The notes under the pieces were generated by a model that saw nothing but the letters and a program-made list of their open reading frames with translations, searched no databases and was not told where the DNA came from. From Parcubacteria group bacterium GW2011_GWA2_42_14 (GTDB lineage: Bacteria > Patescibacteriota > Minisyncoccia > Sungbacterales > GWA2-42-14): 64,000 bases of DNA. The position numbers and the translations under genes were made by a program. This document shows positions 1 through 9,088 of this stretch, piece after piece. How positions within the stretch are numbered: the stretch's first letter is position 1; every line of letters begins with the position of its first letter. The stretch spans positions 8,958 through 72,957 of the forward strand of contig LCCV01000001.1 of assembly GCA_000998135.1 (NCBI GenBank). Direction: 5' to 3'.

Positions 1-73
1 AGGGTATAGTAACTATCCACCCGAAACACGAATCACTATACGTTAAAAACTAAATTTTACACAGACAACTGAA

Positions 74-1384
74 TTACTCCTTCTTACCCTTTCTAACGCC
101 CGCCCCCTCTCCGTGGATACGTTCTTCAGGTTTCAAAATCGCGTCTATATCAGATTCACTGAGCGAAATAAAATTTTCTGTTGCTTTTACCAAAAGCTGG
201 CGTTTTTCCTCATTGGTCATATATTGTTCGGGGCCGCCTGATGGTTTGCCGTTTCGAACCCATTGCTTAAAATATTCATTAAGCTTATCGAATTGCACTT
301 TTACAAGTGCCAATTCCTGCACAGGGCGCTTCACAAAACTACTTGTTATTTTTATTCGTTCCCGCCCCTCCGCCATTTTACTTTCTTTGCCCAGTCCCCC
401 GCCAACAGTAAACTGAACACCAAGCTTCTTTATGTCAGATTTTAAATTCTCGTCTTCAACAATGATTCCGCGCGCCCGAAATCTTTTTTGCAGACGAAAA
501 TCATACTTAAGAAACGTATCTTCATATGCATTCGCTCTCTGGACGGCAAAGCCAAGCTCCGGATTATCTATAGAAACGCGGGTTAAAAATTCCCGAGCCA
601 TATTCTCGCCCACAACCCCTTTTAAAGTATCCTGCATTTTAGTTTCGTTGATTCGTTTTTCAACACCCGCCATGCCTCCAAAAATCATATCGGCTGTTTT
701 AGATATGCCAAATCTATAACCAAAACACTCAACCAACTCTTTATTATATATATCTTCTATGTCGCGCCGCGCTTCATTCACGGCAATTCGTTTTGAAAGC
801 AATCTCCGAAATCGCGGAGGCATGCTTGATGAAAGCCGGTATTTAATACCCCACCCGTAATCAGCCGCAATATCGCCCAAACTGATATTTTTTTGTTTTC
901 CGTTGTGCTCCACAAAAAACGAGTTGCGGGCCTCATCAAAAGTTATTTCTCTTCGTCCTTCATCTGTCGTTTCCGTATTCCACGTTTTCTCATCAACACT
1001 TATGTCGGCAATCCATAACTTCTTTCTTAAGGATTCCATCCGACTTCGTTTCATAAGGTCAAATTTCAAAATATCAATCCTCCGGTTTATATAATTTACG
1101 AATATAGAACTATCTTCTGAAGAAATGGGGTTCTTCAAAGCAGCTTTCCTTACGACATCTGCGACGCCCTTCGGCAATAGATCGGTTTGTGATTTTAAGC
1201 GCTCGACCCAATATTTAAACCATCCTTTTGTGCTCACTTTCATTTTTAAATCCTTGAGTTCCCGATTGCTGACCACTGACGCGCTTTTCTCGAAAGCGCT
1301 TTCCGTTCCATTATCATTTCCAACGCCATTTTCCGGCTCAGGGATACTTTCCGGCGTATTAAATTGTTTTTCACCTTCTTGCAT
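74..1384 (-). CDS. Hypothetical protein of 436 aa with no motif I recognise.
   Basis: Long ORF in the six-frame track with a hairpin plus T-run downstream at 1428-1462. Confidence 0.4.
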   Translation of the reverse strand: MQEGEKQFNTPESIPEPENGVGNDNGTESAFEKSASVVSNRELKDLKMKVSTKGWFKYWVERLKSQTDLLPKGVADVVRKAALKNPISSEDSSIFVNYINRRIDILKFDLMKRSRMESLRKKLWIADISVDEKTWNTETTDEGRREITFDEARNSFFVEHNGKQKNISLGDIAADYGWGIKYRLSSSMPPRFRRLLSKRIAVNEARRDIEDIYNKELVECFGYRFGISKTADMIFGGMAGVEKRINETKMQDTLKGVVGENMAREFLTRVSIDNPELGFAVQRANAYEDTFLKYDFRLQKRFRARGIIVEDENLKSDIKKLGVQFTVGGGLGKESKMAEGRERIKITSSFVKRPVQELALVKVQFDKLNEYFKQWVRNGKPSGGPEQYMTNEEKRQLLVKATENFISLSESDIDAILKPEERIHGEGAGVRKGKKE

Positions 1385-1427
1385 ATTTCCACCATACCAA
1401 ATTCAGATTAAAAATAACAATAAAAAA

Positions 1428-1462
1428 GACCCTTAACGGGTCCTTAACTTTTTTCTCTTTGC
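1428..1462. terminator. Bidirectional intrinsic terminator.
   Basis: Stem gaccc-ttaa-cgggtc flanked by an A-run on the left and a T-run on the right. Confidence 0.4.
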
Positions 1463-1502
1463 TTTTGGCCGAAAATATCCGCTCCAAGAACCTTTTTTAT
1501 CG

Positions 1503-1685
1503 TTACGCGCCAATTCCCAAAGAATCTTCTTTTTGATAAAGTTCGTCACCTTCCGATTCCCGCGCCATTTTTTCCAAAACAGCTCCGACAATAAACCATG
1601 CCAGCACTGCGCCGCCGATAAATAACCAGCATTTCACTTTCATTGTTGTTCCTCCTTTGTCCTCCGTAGCTTTCTTGCCCGCCAT
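1503..1685 (-). CDS. Small hydrophobic protein, hypothetical.
   Basis: A 60-aa ORF whose central segment WLFIGGAVLAWFIVGAVL is a predicted TM helix. Confidence 0.3.
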   Translation of the reverse strand: MAGKKATEDKGGTTMKVKCWLFIGGAVLAWFIVGAVLEKMARESEGDELYQKEDSLGIGA

Positions 1686-1711
1686 AGCTTCAGTCCTACT
1701 CCGTAGCAGTG

Positions 1712-2080
1712 CTACTGCGAAGGACGTAGCGAAGACGGTGGCGTAGGAGGATTGGCCGTTCTGTTATACGCGTAGTTAGGCCCACGGACTATTCCATCCG
1801 GTGATTTTGGCGGCGTTTCCATCACCTTAAAAAACTCAACGCCTTTTAACTCCGGAAATTTTCCGATTATTCTCAACCTGATGCCAGATTCTATTTCCCT
1901 TTTTTGGCGTCCGGAAACGGAATTCTGCCACAAAACCTCAAGGCAAAGAGTTACCGCGCCATCAATGTCTATAAACAAACCGACTCGTTTAATGTCAAGC
2001 CGCGGTTCAAAAATATATTCCCGCACGGACAAATCAAATTTTTCCAACAACCGCTTGTCGTCATCGGTTATTCCGGCCAA
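1712..2080 (-). CDS. Hypothetical protein whose C-terminal tail is encoded by a dispersed repeat.
   Basis: A 122-aa ORF; its 3' end (1690-1760) belongs to a repeat family also seen at 37640-37760. Confidence 0.35.
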   Translation of the reverse strand: MAGITDDDKRLLEKFDLSVREYIFEPRLDIKRVGLFIDIDGAVTLCLEVLWQNSVSGRQKREIESGIRLRIIGKFPELKGVEFFKVMETPPKSPDGIVRGPNYAYNRTANPPTPPSSLRPSQ

Positions 2081-2280
2081 CGGCTTTTTACCCCGTAAAA
2101 ATTTTCAAATAGCCGCGCGCTAACAGTATCAAAACTCATTGCCCGTGTCAAGATTTTGATAAACCCCGTTAGAGGTTCGAAATTGGACAATGGTTTAAAA
2201 TAATACGCAAAGCGAAAGCGGCTTACGCCTTATATTATTAGATGCAAAAAGGATTATATTAAACCTCTAACGGGATAAAA

Positions 2281-5217
2281 CTACAAAACAAAATTTATCA
2301 GACGGCCAGGAATATAAATAACTTTTTTAACCGGCTTATTTTCCAAATATTTTTTTACTTTTTCACGGCTTAAAACAATTTCGGCAGCGTCTTTTTCCGA
2401 AATTTCAACCGTAACCTCAATAGAATCGCGTACTTTCCCGTTAATCTGCACCACCAGTTCAAAAATATTTTCTTGAATTAGTTTTTGGTCATATTCCGGC
2501 CATTTCTCAAAATGAATAGAATTTAATTGTTTTATATTTTGAATTTTGGAATTTTGAATTTGTTTGGGATTTGGGATTTGGGATTCGGGACTTCCAAAGA
2601 ACTGTTGATATAACTCTTCGGATAGGTGCGGCGCAAACGGCGCTAAAAGTTTTAAAAATATTTTAAGGTACTCAATGGAAACTTTTTCGGAATTTTTCTC
2701 AAACTCATTCAGCAAAATCATCAGCGAAGATATCGCCGTATTATACCGCAAACTTTCAATATCTTCTCCTACTTTTTTTATGGTTTTGTGCAACAGTCGT
2801 TCCAAATCATTTCTAATTTTGGGTTTGGGATTTGGAATTTGTTTGTAATTTGTGATTTGTGATTTATAATTTACAAAACTATATACTCTATTCAAAAACC
2901 TGTATATCCCATTTATCCCTCCGGAATTCCACGGCCCCCCTTGGTCATACGGCCCCATAAACGCCAAATACATTCTTACTGTGTCAGCGCCGTATTTTAC
3001 CACCTCCTTATCCGGGTCAATGACATTGCCGCGCGATTTAGACATTTTCTGAAAATCAGGACCCAGAATTATGCCATGATTCTTTCTGCCGGTAAATGGT
3101 TCCGAAAAATCAACAAAATTCAAATCATATAAAACCTTGATGAAAAAACGGGAATAAAGAAGGTGCATAGTATTATGTTCGGCTCCTCCTATATAAAGAG
3201 GTACGGGCAGCCATAATTTCATTTTTTCTTCGGATGCGAATTTTTGAAAATTTTTCGGATCAACATAACGGATAAAATACCAGGAAGAATCAACAAAAGT
3301 ATCCATAGTATCGGTTTCCCGTTCTGCCGGCCCATTACATTTAGGACACTTCGCACCTGCCCATTTTTCTGCCCTGGCTAAAGGAGAACGCCCGTCGTCA
3401 GTTGGCATAAAATTTTTAAGCAGGGGAAGTTTTACCGGCAAATTTTCTTCGCTGACCGGCTGCCAGCCGCACTTTCTGCAATTAACCATTGGTATGGGAG
3501 TGCCCCAATAACGTTGGCGGGAAATTACCCAATCATGAAGCCGATAATTTACTTTTCTCTCTCCCCTAACAAATTTCGCAATCTCCCACTTCGCATTCTC
3601 TGAATCCATGCCGCTAAATTCTCCGGATTCAATAAGAATTCCGCCATCAATATACGCCCGCTCTTTTCCTTCTAAGCGCACAAGCAATTCGGGAATCTCC
3701 GCGCCTCTTACAAAATCTTTTACTTTTTCTCTCTCTATCCAAACGGCATCGTGTGTTTCTGTTTCCTTTGTAGAAACCGGGAGTTTCTTATCACTCTTCA
3801 GCTCAAAACAGAGTCCGTATACCTCGGATAACCTGTTCTCGCTTTTATGCGCTGCAAAATACTTTGCATAAACGGGCGGACCCAGTTGTTTTACAAAACG
3901 AATATCCATATAGCCGGTTTCTTCTCGTATTTCCCGCATGCCTGCCCCAGCCATATCTTCCCCTTCTTCAACTCCACCAATAATAAAGGTTTGCCAATCA
4001 TATTTTTTCCACTTAAGACATAAATATTTATTTTCGTTCCAGTGTTTTACGATACACTGTACCGTTTTTCTTTTTATCGTAGACGCGCCATCGCGCGGAG
4101 GATTAGTATAATCAACAAATATAGGCGCTACAACATGACAAATAGGAAGATTATATTTCTTCGCAAATTCAAAATCCCGTGAGTCATGGGCCGGAACGGC
4201 CATAATCGCGCCGGTTCCGACATGACCCAGCACGTAATCGGCGACCCAAACCGAAATTTCTTCTTTATTGGCCGGATTTATCGCCTTTACACCTTTTAAT
4301 TCCACGCCGGTTTTTTCTTTCCCTTCGGCTATACGCTCTTCATAATTTTTAACTTTCGCTTTTTTGATATATTCAACAACTTTTCCATAATTCATAATTC
4401 CTAATTCATTATTCTTAAGGAGTGGGTGTTCCGGACCCAAAACCATGTAAGTCGCGCCGAAAAGAGTATCCGAGCGAGTCGTGAATACTTGTATCTTGTA
4501 TCCTGTATCTTGTATCTTAAAATCTATTAATACTCCTTCCGACCTGCCGATCCAGTTTTTTTGTGCAAGTTTTGTGGTTTCCGGCCAATTCAACCCTTGC
4601 ATATCGTTAATTAACCGCTCCGCGTAATCGGTTATCCGAAACATCCATTGTTCAAGTTCTTTTTTAATAACAGAGCTGTCGCACCGCTCGCAACAACCAT
4701 CAACTACCTGTTCATTGGCAAGCACGGTTTTATCCTTAGGGCACCAATTCACCATGGTTTTGGCGCGATACGCCAATCCTTTTTCGAACATCTTCAAAAA
4801 CATCCATTGCGTCCATTTATAATATTCGGGCTCAATGGTTGATACGGTTCTAGACCAATCAAAACTCGCCCCCATGCTTTTTAACTGCTTGGTCATATAC
4901 ATTATATTCTTCTTTGTCCAATCACGGGGATTAATTTTATTTTTAATAGCGGCATTTTCCGCGGGCAGGCCAAAAGCGTCAAAACCAATGGGGTATAAAA
5001 CATTGCGCCCGTTCATTCTTAAAAAACGAACGGAAATATCCGGTACGGCAAACGCGTACCAGTGGCCTATATGCAAATTGCCGGATGGATAAGGAAATTC
5101 CACCAATACCATGTAATTATTTTTCCCGGCAATCTTATCTTTCGTTTCATAAAGCTTCTGTCCCTGCCAGATTTTCTGCCACTTCTTCTCAATTTTTGAA
5201 GAATTATACTTCACCAT
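2281..5217 (-). CDS. leuS: Leucyl-tRNA synthetase carrying an internal Nudix-hydrolase domain.
   Basis: Class I HIGH motif (PSGNLHIGH), KMSKS, the editing-domain TTRSDTLFGATY box and the RQRYWG motif are all present. The start is placed at the ATG giving MVKYNSSKIEKKWQKIW. Residues ~411-560 hold a perfect Nudix box, GGVEEGEDMAGAGMREIREETGY. Confidence 0.95.
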   Translation of the reverse strand: MVKYNSSKIEKKWQKIWQGQKLYETKDKIAGKNNYMVLVEFPYPSGNLHIGHWYAFAVPDISVRFLRMNGRNVLYPIGFDAFGLPAENAAIKNKINPRDWTKKNIMYMTKQLKSMGASFDWSRTVSTIEPEYYKWTQWMFLKMFEKGLAYRAKTMVNWCPKDKTVLANEQVVDGCCERCDSSVIKKELEQWMFRITDYAERLINDMQGLNWPETTKLAQKNWIGRSEGVLIDFKIQDTGYKIQVFTTRSDTLFGATYMVLGPEHPLLKNNELGIMNYGKVVEYIKKAKVKNYEERIAEGKEKTGVELKGVKAINPANKEEISVWVADYVLGHVGTGAIMAVPAHDSRDFEFAKKYNLPICHVVAPIFVDYTNPPRDGASTIKRKTVQCIVKHWNENKYLCLKWKKYDWQTFIIGGVEEGEDMAGAGMREIREETGYMDIRFVKQLGPPVYAKYFAAHKSENRLSEVYGLCFELKSDKKLPVSTKETETHDAVWIEREKVKDFVRGAEIPELLVRLEGKERAYIDGGILIESGEFSGMDSENAKWEIAKFVRGERKVNYRLHDWVISRQRYWGTPIPMVNCRKCGWQPVSEENLPVKLPLLKNFMPTDDGRSPLARAEKWAGAKCPKCNGPAERETDTMDTFVDSSWYFIRYVDPKNFQKFASEEKMKLWLPVPLYIGGAEHNTMHLLYSRFFIKVLYDLNFVDFSEPFTGRKNHGIILGPDFQKMSKSRGNVIDPDKEVVKYGADTVRMYLAFMGPYDQGGPWNSGGINGIYRFLNRVYSFVNYKSQITNYKQIPNPKPKIRNDLERLLHKTIKKVGEDIESLRYNTAISSLMILLNEFEKNSEKVSIEYLKIFLKLLAPFAPHLSEELYQQFFGSPESQIPNPKQIQNSKIQNIKQLNSIHFEKWPEYDQKLIQENIFELVVQINGKVRDSIEVTVEISEKDAAEIVLSREKVKKYLENKPVKKVIYIPGRLINFVL
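2534..2597 (-). repeat. Repeat family A, (GGGATTT)n / caaattcaaaattc, inserted in-frame in leuS.
   Basis: The DNA gaattttggaattttgaatttgtttgggatttgggatttgggatt encodes SPESQIPNPKQIQNSKIQNIKQ. Other copies occur at 2815-2875, 19921-19982, 27031-27146, 51183-51230 and 58164-58232. Confidence 0.8.
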
Positions 5218-5312
5218 ACTATTTACCATAATCAATAAATCGGACATTGACAAGATACAGCTTTTGTGGAACATATCTATCAGGACTTTAAAAAAATGGG
5301 GGCCGTGATTTC

Positions 5313-5828
5313 GTGAAAAAACCAAACATTGAGGAACTAAAAACGCTTCTTTTTGAAATTGGAAAAATTACCCAGCAGCAGCGCATCACCCTTGAATACG
5401 GCCTCAAAGACGAAATGAAAAAACTGAATACGGAATTTAATGAAAAAATAACCGAATGGTCTCAAAAATATAACATCGGAATCTGTGTTGCCGAAACCAT
5501 GCGCTATGTTGAACCCGAAGGAAATCATTTTTATTTCACGCCTCCTCATACGCATTGGCGCCCGCGGGAATCGGGCTCTCCCTACTACCGCGAAAAATAT
5601 AACGCCGAACTGGTTGTTTGTTGTAAAATAGATTTTTCCCGAGGGCACGCCGAAATACTTCCGGACGGAATTAAAGCAATCGTCACGGCAATTCCGGAAG
5701 AATATCAGGAAGAAGACCGCGGAACAGAAGACGAAACGCCGCCGAACCCCTTTAATACTCTTTCCGATAAAGATTTTTTAAAATCCATCGGAATTAAGGA
5801 TAACGAAGAAAAAAAAGACGATAAATAA
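5313..5828 (+). CDS. Hypothetical protein.
   Basis: A 171-aa ORF followed by a strong terminator. Confidence 0.4.
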   Translation: MKKPNIEELKTLLFEIGKITQQQRITLEYGLKDEMKKLNTEFNEKITEWSQKYNIGICVAETMRYVEPEGNHFYFTPPHTHWRPRESGSPYYREKYNAELVVCCKIDFSRGHAEILPDGIKAIVTAIPEEYQEEDRGTEDETPPNPFNTLSDKDFLKSIGIKDNEEKKDDK

Positions 5829-5832
5829 AGAA

Positions 5833-5862
5833 AAAACCCCGCGTTTCGCGGGGCTTATTTAT
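5833..5862. terminator. Bidirectional rho-independent terminator.
   Basis: Sequence aaaaaaccccgcgtttcgcggggcttatttattt, giving stem ccccgcg/cgcgggg with A- and T-runs on either side. Confidence 0.65.
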
Positions 5863-5871
5863 TTAAAAAAA

Positions 5872-6819
5872 TTAAGCCGTAATTCTAAAAATCTTTACCG
5901 CGTTTTGTTTAACAATTTCCGAAATTTTATCAAATTCCATTCCCTTAATTTCTCCTATTCTTTTTGCTGTTTCAATTATAAATTCGGGCTCATTTCGCTT
6001 GCCGCGATAAGGGGCCGGCGCGACATATGGAGCGTCTGTTTCCAACAAAATTCTATCGGAGGGTATATATTTAACGACTTCATCATAATCACTGGTAAAA
6101 GTGACGACCCCGCCGAAAGAAAAAGAAAACCCTAAATCCATAAGTTTTTTAGCATCATGTTTGGTGCCGGAAAAAAAATGAATTATACCAGGAGGAGAAT
6201 TCAAAATATCTTTCCTGGAATCCAGCATTTTTAAAAGATATTCAAGGGCGCTGCTTCCCGCCGCGCCGGAAAGCGAAGTTCTTCCGGAGCGACAATGAAT
6301 CATTAAGGGTTTTTTTACCACATAGGCCAACTCAATATGGCGCAAAAAAACTTTTTTCTGTTTCCCTTTTGTTTGCGGATTCAAGCGATAAAAATCAAAA
6401 CCACATTCTCCAATAGCCACGACTTTCGGATCCTGCGCCAATTGCAAATAATATCCGTAATCAAAATCCTCCCCTTTACTGGTAAATCCTGCCAGACCGC
6501 TATTCTCTAATTCGCGCGAATTAGAGATAGATTGATTAGGAATATCTGAAATAACAGACGAAGCGGGCGACGCACCTAGTTCTTGTGAGTCATGGTAAGA
6601 TTTTTCAGTATGAATCGGGTGCAATCCAACAGTTGCCCATACCCCCTTAGGGTACTTATTGGCAATTTCAACTGCTTTAGCGGAAGTATCACGCTGTGTG
6701 CCGACATTTATAAGCCACACCCCGGCATCTAAGGCCCGCTGAATTACTGCCTCCCTATCTTTATCAAAAGCGGCAAATTGCGCATGCGTATGAACATCAA
6801 AAAGTTTTGGGCTTGACAT
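5872..6819 (-). CDS. TatD-family metal-dependent hydrolase/DNase.
   Basis: N-terminal LFDVHTHAQF (the TatD HxH motif) and a C-terminal GxxFSFGG.. VVLETDAPY segment. An extra low-complexity insertion (SDIPNQSISNSRELENSG) is present. Confidence 0.75.
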   Translation of the reverse strand: MSSPKLFDVHTHAQFAAFDKDREAVIQRALDAGVWLINVGTQRDTSAKAVEIANKYPKGVWATVGLHPIHTEKSYHDSQELGASPASSVISDIPNQSISNSRELENSGLAGFTSKGEDFDYGYYLQLAQDPKVVAIGECGFDFYRLNPQTKGKQKKVFLRHIELAYVVKKPLMIHCRSGRTSLSGAAGSSALEYLLKMLDSRKDILNSPPGIIHFFSGTKHDAKKLMDLGFSFSFGGVVTFTSDYDEVVKYIPSDRILLETDAPYVAPAPYRGKRNEPEFIIETAKRIGEIKGMEFDKISEIVKQNAVKIFRITA

Positions 6820-6959
6820 AAATACTTCCGCCAAGTAACCTTGTCTTAGGCCTTTGGAGTCAACATCAAGGGGTTAGCGAATGAAACCTATCTTTAGAGA
6901 ACTAATAAAGTGGAAACTAAAGTAATTATCAATATCGCGGGACCACATTCCCGCTTTTT

Positions 6960-8456
6960 TTATTTTAGCCGCGGGAATAAATTCCCTCCTTTTTTTATTT
7001 TCAAAATCGAATCATCAACCAATATTTGTTTCTTAATTTTTTCAACTGTTTCCGGCAAAAATGGCGCAAGTAAATTGACTATGGCGCCGATTATATAACT
7101 TACGTTTATTATTATACCACGAAGCTCCTTTTTGTCGCTAATGCCCCACGGCTTTTTATCGTTTATATATTTATCGGCAAAAGAAACAAGCTCCCAAATT
7201 GAAGCTAAGGCCTCATTCAAACGGATTTCTTCAAAGCATGCTTCATATTTTTTGAATGTTTTTTCGGCAATTTCTTTCACACCACTCTCAACGTCCTTCT
7301 GGAAATCAAAATTTATCGGGCTTATTTTTTCTCCAAGAGTCGCAACCCGCGCCACCAAATTTCCAAGGCCATTTGCCAAGTCGCCGTTATAACGGTCTTC
7401 AAATTTTTTGTACGAAAAATCGCCGTCCTCTCCCGAAGGAATTTCACGAAGCAAAAAGTAGCGCACCGAATCCGTTTCGTATTTTTTTACCAATTCTATC
7501 GGATCAATGACGTTGCCAATGGTTTTAGACATTTTTTGGCCTTCAACTGTAACAAAGCCGTGAACAAAAATTGCTTTAGACAAAGAAAGCCCAGCCGACA
7601 AAAGCATTCCCGGCCAAATTGCGGCGTGAAACCGCAAAATATCCTTGCCGATTACGTGCAAATCTGCTGGCCAAAGTTGCTCAAATCCATAATTCCTAAT
7701 TCCTAATTCATAATTCTTCTCTTGGCCGTAGCCGATTGCCGTAATATAATTCGCCAAGGCGTCGCACCAAACATACATAGTATGCTCGGGGTCATTCGGC
7801 ACCGGAATTCCCCACGATAAATCTTTCCGGGGACGCGAAAAACTCACATCCTCCAGTCCGGATTCAATAAGCGATAAAATTTCGTTTTTTCGGGATTCAG
7901 GAATTATTCTTAATTCATTATTCCTGATTCTTAATTCAACTTCTTTGGAATACTTTGAAAGTCGGAAAAAATAATTTTCCTCCTCAATAACTTCCGGCTC
8001 TTTTTGGTGGTCGCGGCATTTGCCTTGAACCAAATCTTTTTCCGTAACAAACGCCTCATGCCCAACGCAATAAAGCCCGCGATACTTTTTCTTATACAAA
8101 TCGCCTGCTTCAAAAAGTTTTAGCCATAATTTTTGCGCTCCTGGCCAATGGCGTTTTTGGTCAGAAGTTCTTATGAAGTCATTCCACGACAAATTAAGAA
8201 CATTTTTAATTTTAAGTTCCCTAAATTTTTCTGAATTCTCATCCACAAAATCTTTCGGGTTTTTTCCCGCCGCTTCCGCGGCTCTTGCGATTTTCGCGCC
8301 GTGTTCATCGGTTCCAGTCAAAAACCAAACATCATCGCCTTTTATACGATGGAAACGGGCCAAAACATCCGCCTGAATTTTTTCCAAAGCATGCCCGATA
8401 TGCGGTTTGGCATTTACATAATCAATTGCTGTTGTAATATAATACTTGCTTGACAT
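6960..8456 (-). CDS. metG: Methionyl-tRNA synthetase.
   Basis: N-terminal ITTAIDYVNAKPHIGHA (HIGH), KMSKT, and an anticodon-binding C-terminus. Start placed at the ATG giving MSSKYY. Confidence 0.95.
   Translation of the reverse strand: MSSKYYITTAIDYVNAKPHIGHALEKIQADVLARFHRIKGDDVWFLTGTDEHGAKIARAAEAAGKNPKDFVDENSEKFRELKIKNVLNLSWNDFIRTSDQKRHWPGAQKLWLKLFEAGDLYKKKYRGLYCVGHEAFVTEKDLVQGKCRDHQKEPEVIEEENYFFRLSKYSKEVELRIRNNELRIIPESRKNEILSLIESGLEDVSFSRPRKDLSWGIPVPNDPEHTMYVWCDALANYITAIGYGQEKNYELGIRNYGFEQLWPADLHVIGKDILRFHAAIWPGMLLSAGLSLSKAIFVHGFVTVEGQKMSKTIGNVIDPIELVKKYETDSVRYFLLREIPSGEDGDFSYKKFEDRYNGDLANGLGNLVARVATLGEKISPINFDFQKDVESGVKEIAEKTFKKYEACFEEIRLNEALASIWELVSFADKYINDKKPWGISDKKELRGIIINVSYIIGAIVNLLAPFLPETVEKIKKQILVDDSILKIKKGGNLFPRLK
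7688..7717 (-). repeat. Repeat family B, AATTCCTAATTCATAATTC, in-frame in metG.
   Basis: Encodes KNYELGIRNYGF. Further copies occur at 7903-7938 in metG (NNELRII), at 4386-4420 in leuS (NNELGIMNYG) and at 27526-27548 inside the tmRNA. Confidence 0.75.
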
Positions 8457-8478
8457 AATAATAGCCCTATGATACATA
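8450..8478 (+). promoter_or_regulatory. Putative sigma70 promoter of secreted-protein paralogue A.
   Basis: TTGACA, a 17-nt spacer, then TACATA(TAA). A block of the same architecture, TTGCAA-17-TACATATAAT, sits upstream of paralogue B at ~9720-9752. Confidence 0.4.
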
Positions 8479-8519
8479 TAACCTGCGTTCTTTTCAAGAT
8501 AATAAAAAGGGTAAACAGG

Positions 8520-9011
8520 ATGCTAAAATTCATCTGGGGGCTCTCCATTTTCACAATTCTCTCACTCTTAACTCTCGCGCTTAATAATCAGGAAAGTATC
8601 AATAAATGGCTTCATGCGCCAAAGCCAGAAGTTCAGAAAATAAAACAGAGCTCGCCCGCTACCGACAAAACCGGACAAAATTCTATCGTTGATAAAATTA
8701 TCAAACAATCCCGGGAATTAAAGGCAAAAAATTTAGAAACGGAAAAACGTATTGGTGATTTTCGAAAGAACGTAGATATTAAATGCACTTTCATGGTAAA
8801 AGCCGAGGATTGCGAAAAGTTTATAGCGATGCTGACCAGTGACGAAGAGGTTATTGATATCTTCAAAAAACTATCAAAAAGCGGGGTTGCTTTATGGATA
8901 TATTACTCATTCGGAACTAGAAATGAAATTTATCTTGACCAGAACGGCAACCTTATAATGACGCAAAAGGCGGATATTTCTAAAATAAGAAAATTTTTAG
9001 GGGTAAAATAG
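8520..9011 (+). CDS. Secreted or membrane-anchored protein, paralogue A.
   Basis: N-terminal signal/TM (MLKFIWGLSIFTILSLLTLA), a PATDKT motif, and a C-terminal KKFLGVK that it shares with the 9806-10294 ORF. Confidence 0.5.
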   Translation: MLKFIWGLSIFTILSLLTLALNNQESINKWLHAPKPEVQKIKQSSPATDKTGQNSIVDKIIKQSRELKAKNLETEKRIGDFRKNVDIKCTFMVKAEDCEKFIAMLTSDEEVIDIFKKLSKSGVALWIYYSFGTRNEIYLDQNGNLIMTQKADISKIRKFLGVK

Positions 9012-9045
9012 GCGCCATTCCGGCGCTCTTTTTTTATTTTCAATA
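9011..9045 (+). terminator. Intrinsic terminator.
   Basis: Stem gcgcc-attcc-ggcgc followed by tctttttttatttt. A byte-identical copy follows paralogue B. Confidence 0.6.
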
Positions 9046-9088
9046 TTTACCGCGCATATCAAAATCCGCCAACAGACGGATTTTGAAA

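Noticed and set aside
2519-2875. A CRISPR array or tandem satellite, suggested by the many short G/T-rich repeats.
   Set aside because: The units are not separated by regularly sized unique spacers, the copies are scattered across the window inside ORFs, and no cas genes are present. They are dispersed simple repeats, not CRISPR.
4490-4530. Treating gatacaagatacaggatacaagatacaag in leuS (encoding KIQDTGYKIQV) as another in-frame repeat insertion.
   Set aside because: The E. coli LeuRS spacing between the RSEGV and TTRPDT motifs is the same length, so this is probably just a low-complexity stretch of an ordinary region rather than an insertion. It is not repeated elsewhere in the window.
5337-5648. 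Many 60-180-aa ORFs on the strand opposite large genes, for example 5337-5648, 19223-19756, 20815-21306, 22194-22667, 23535-24080, 40151-40564 and 60314-60667.
   Set aside because: Each is fully embedded antisense within a well-supported conserved gene (aaRS, typA, P-type ATPase and so on) and lacks start context. These are standard spurious antisense ORFs.
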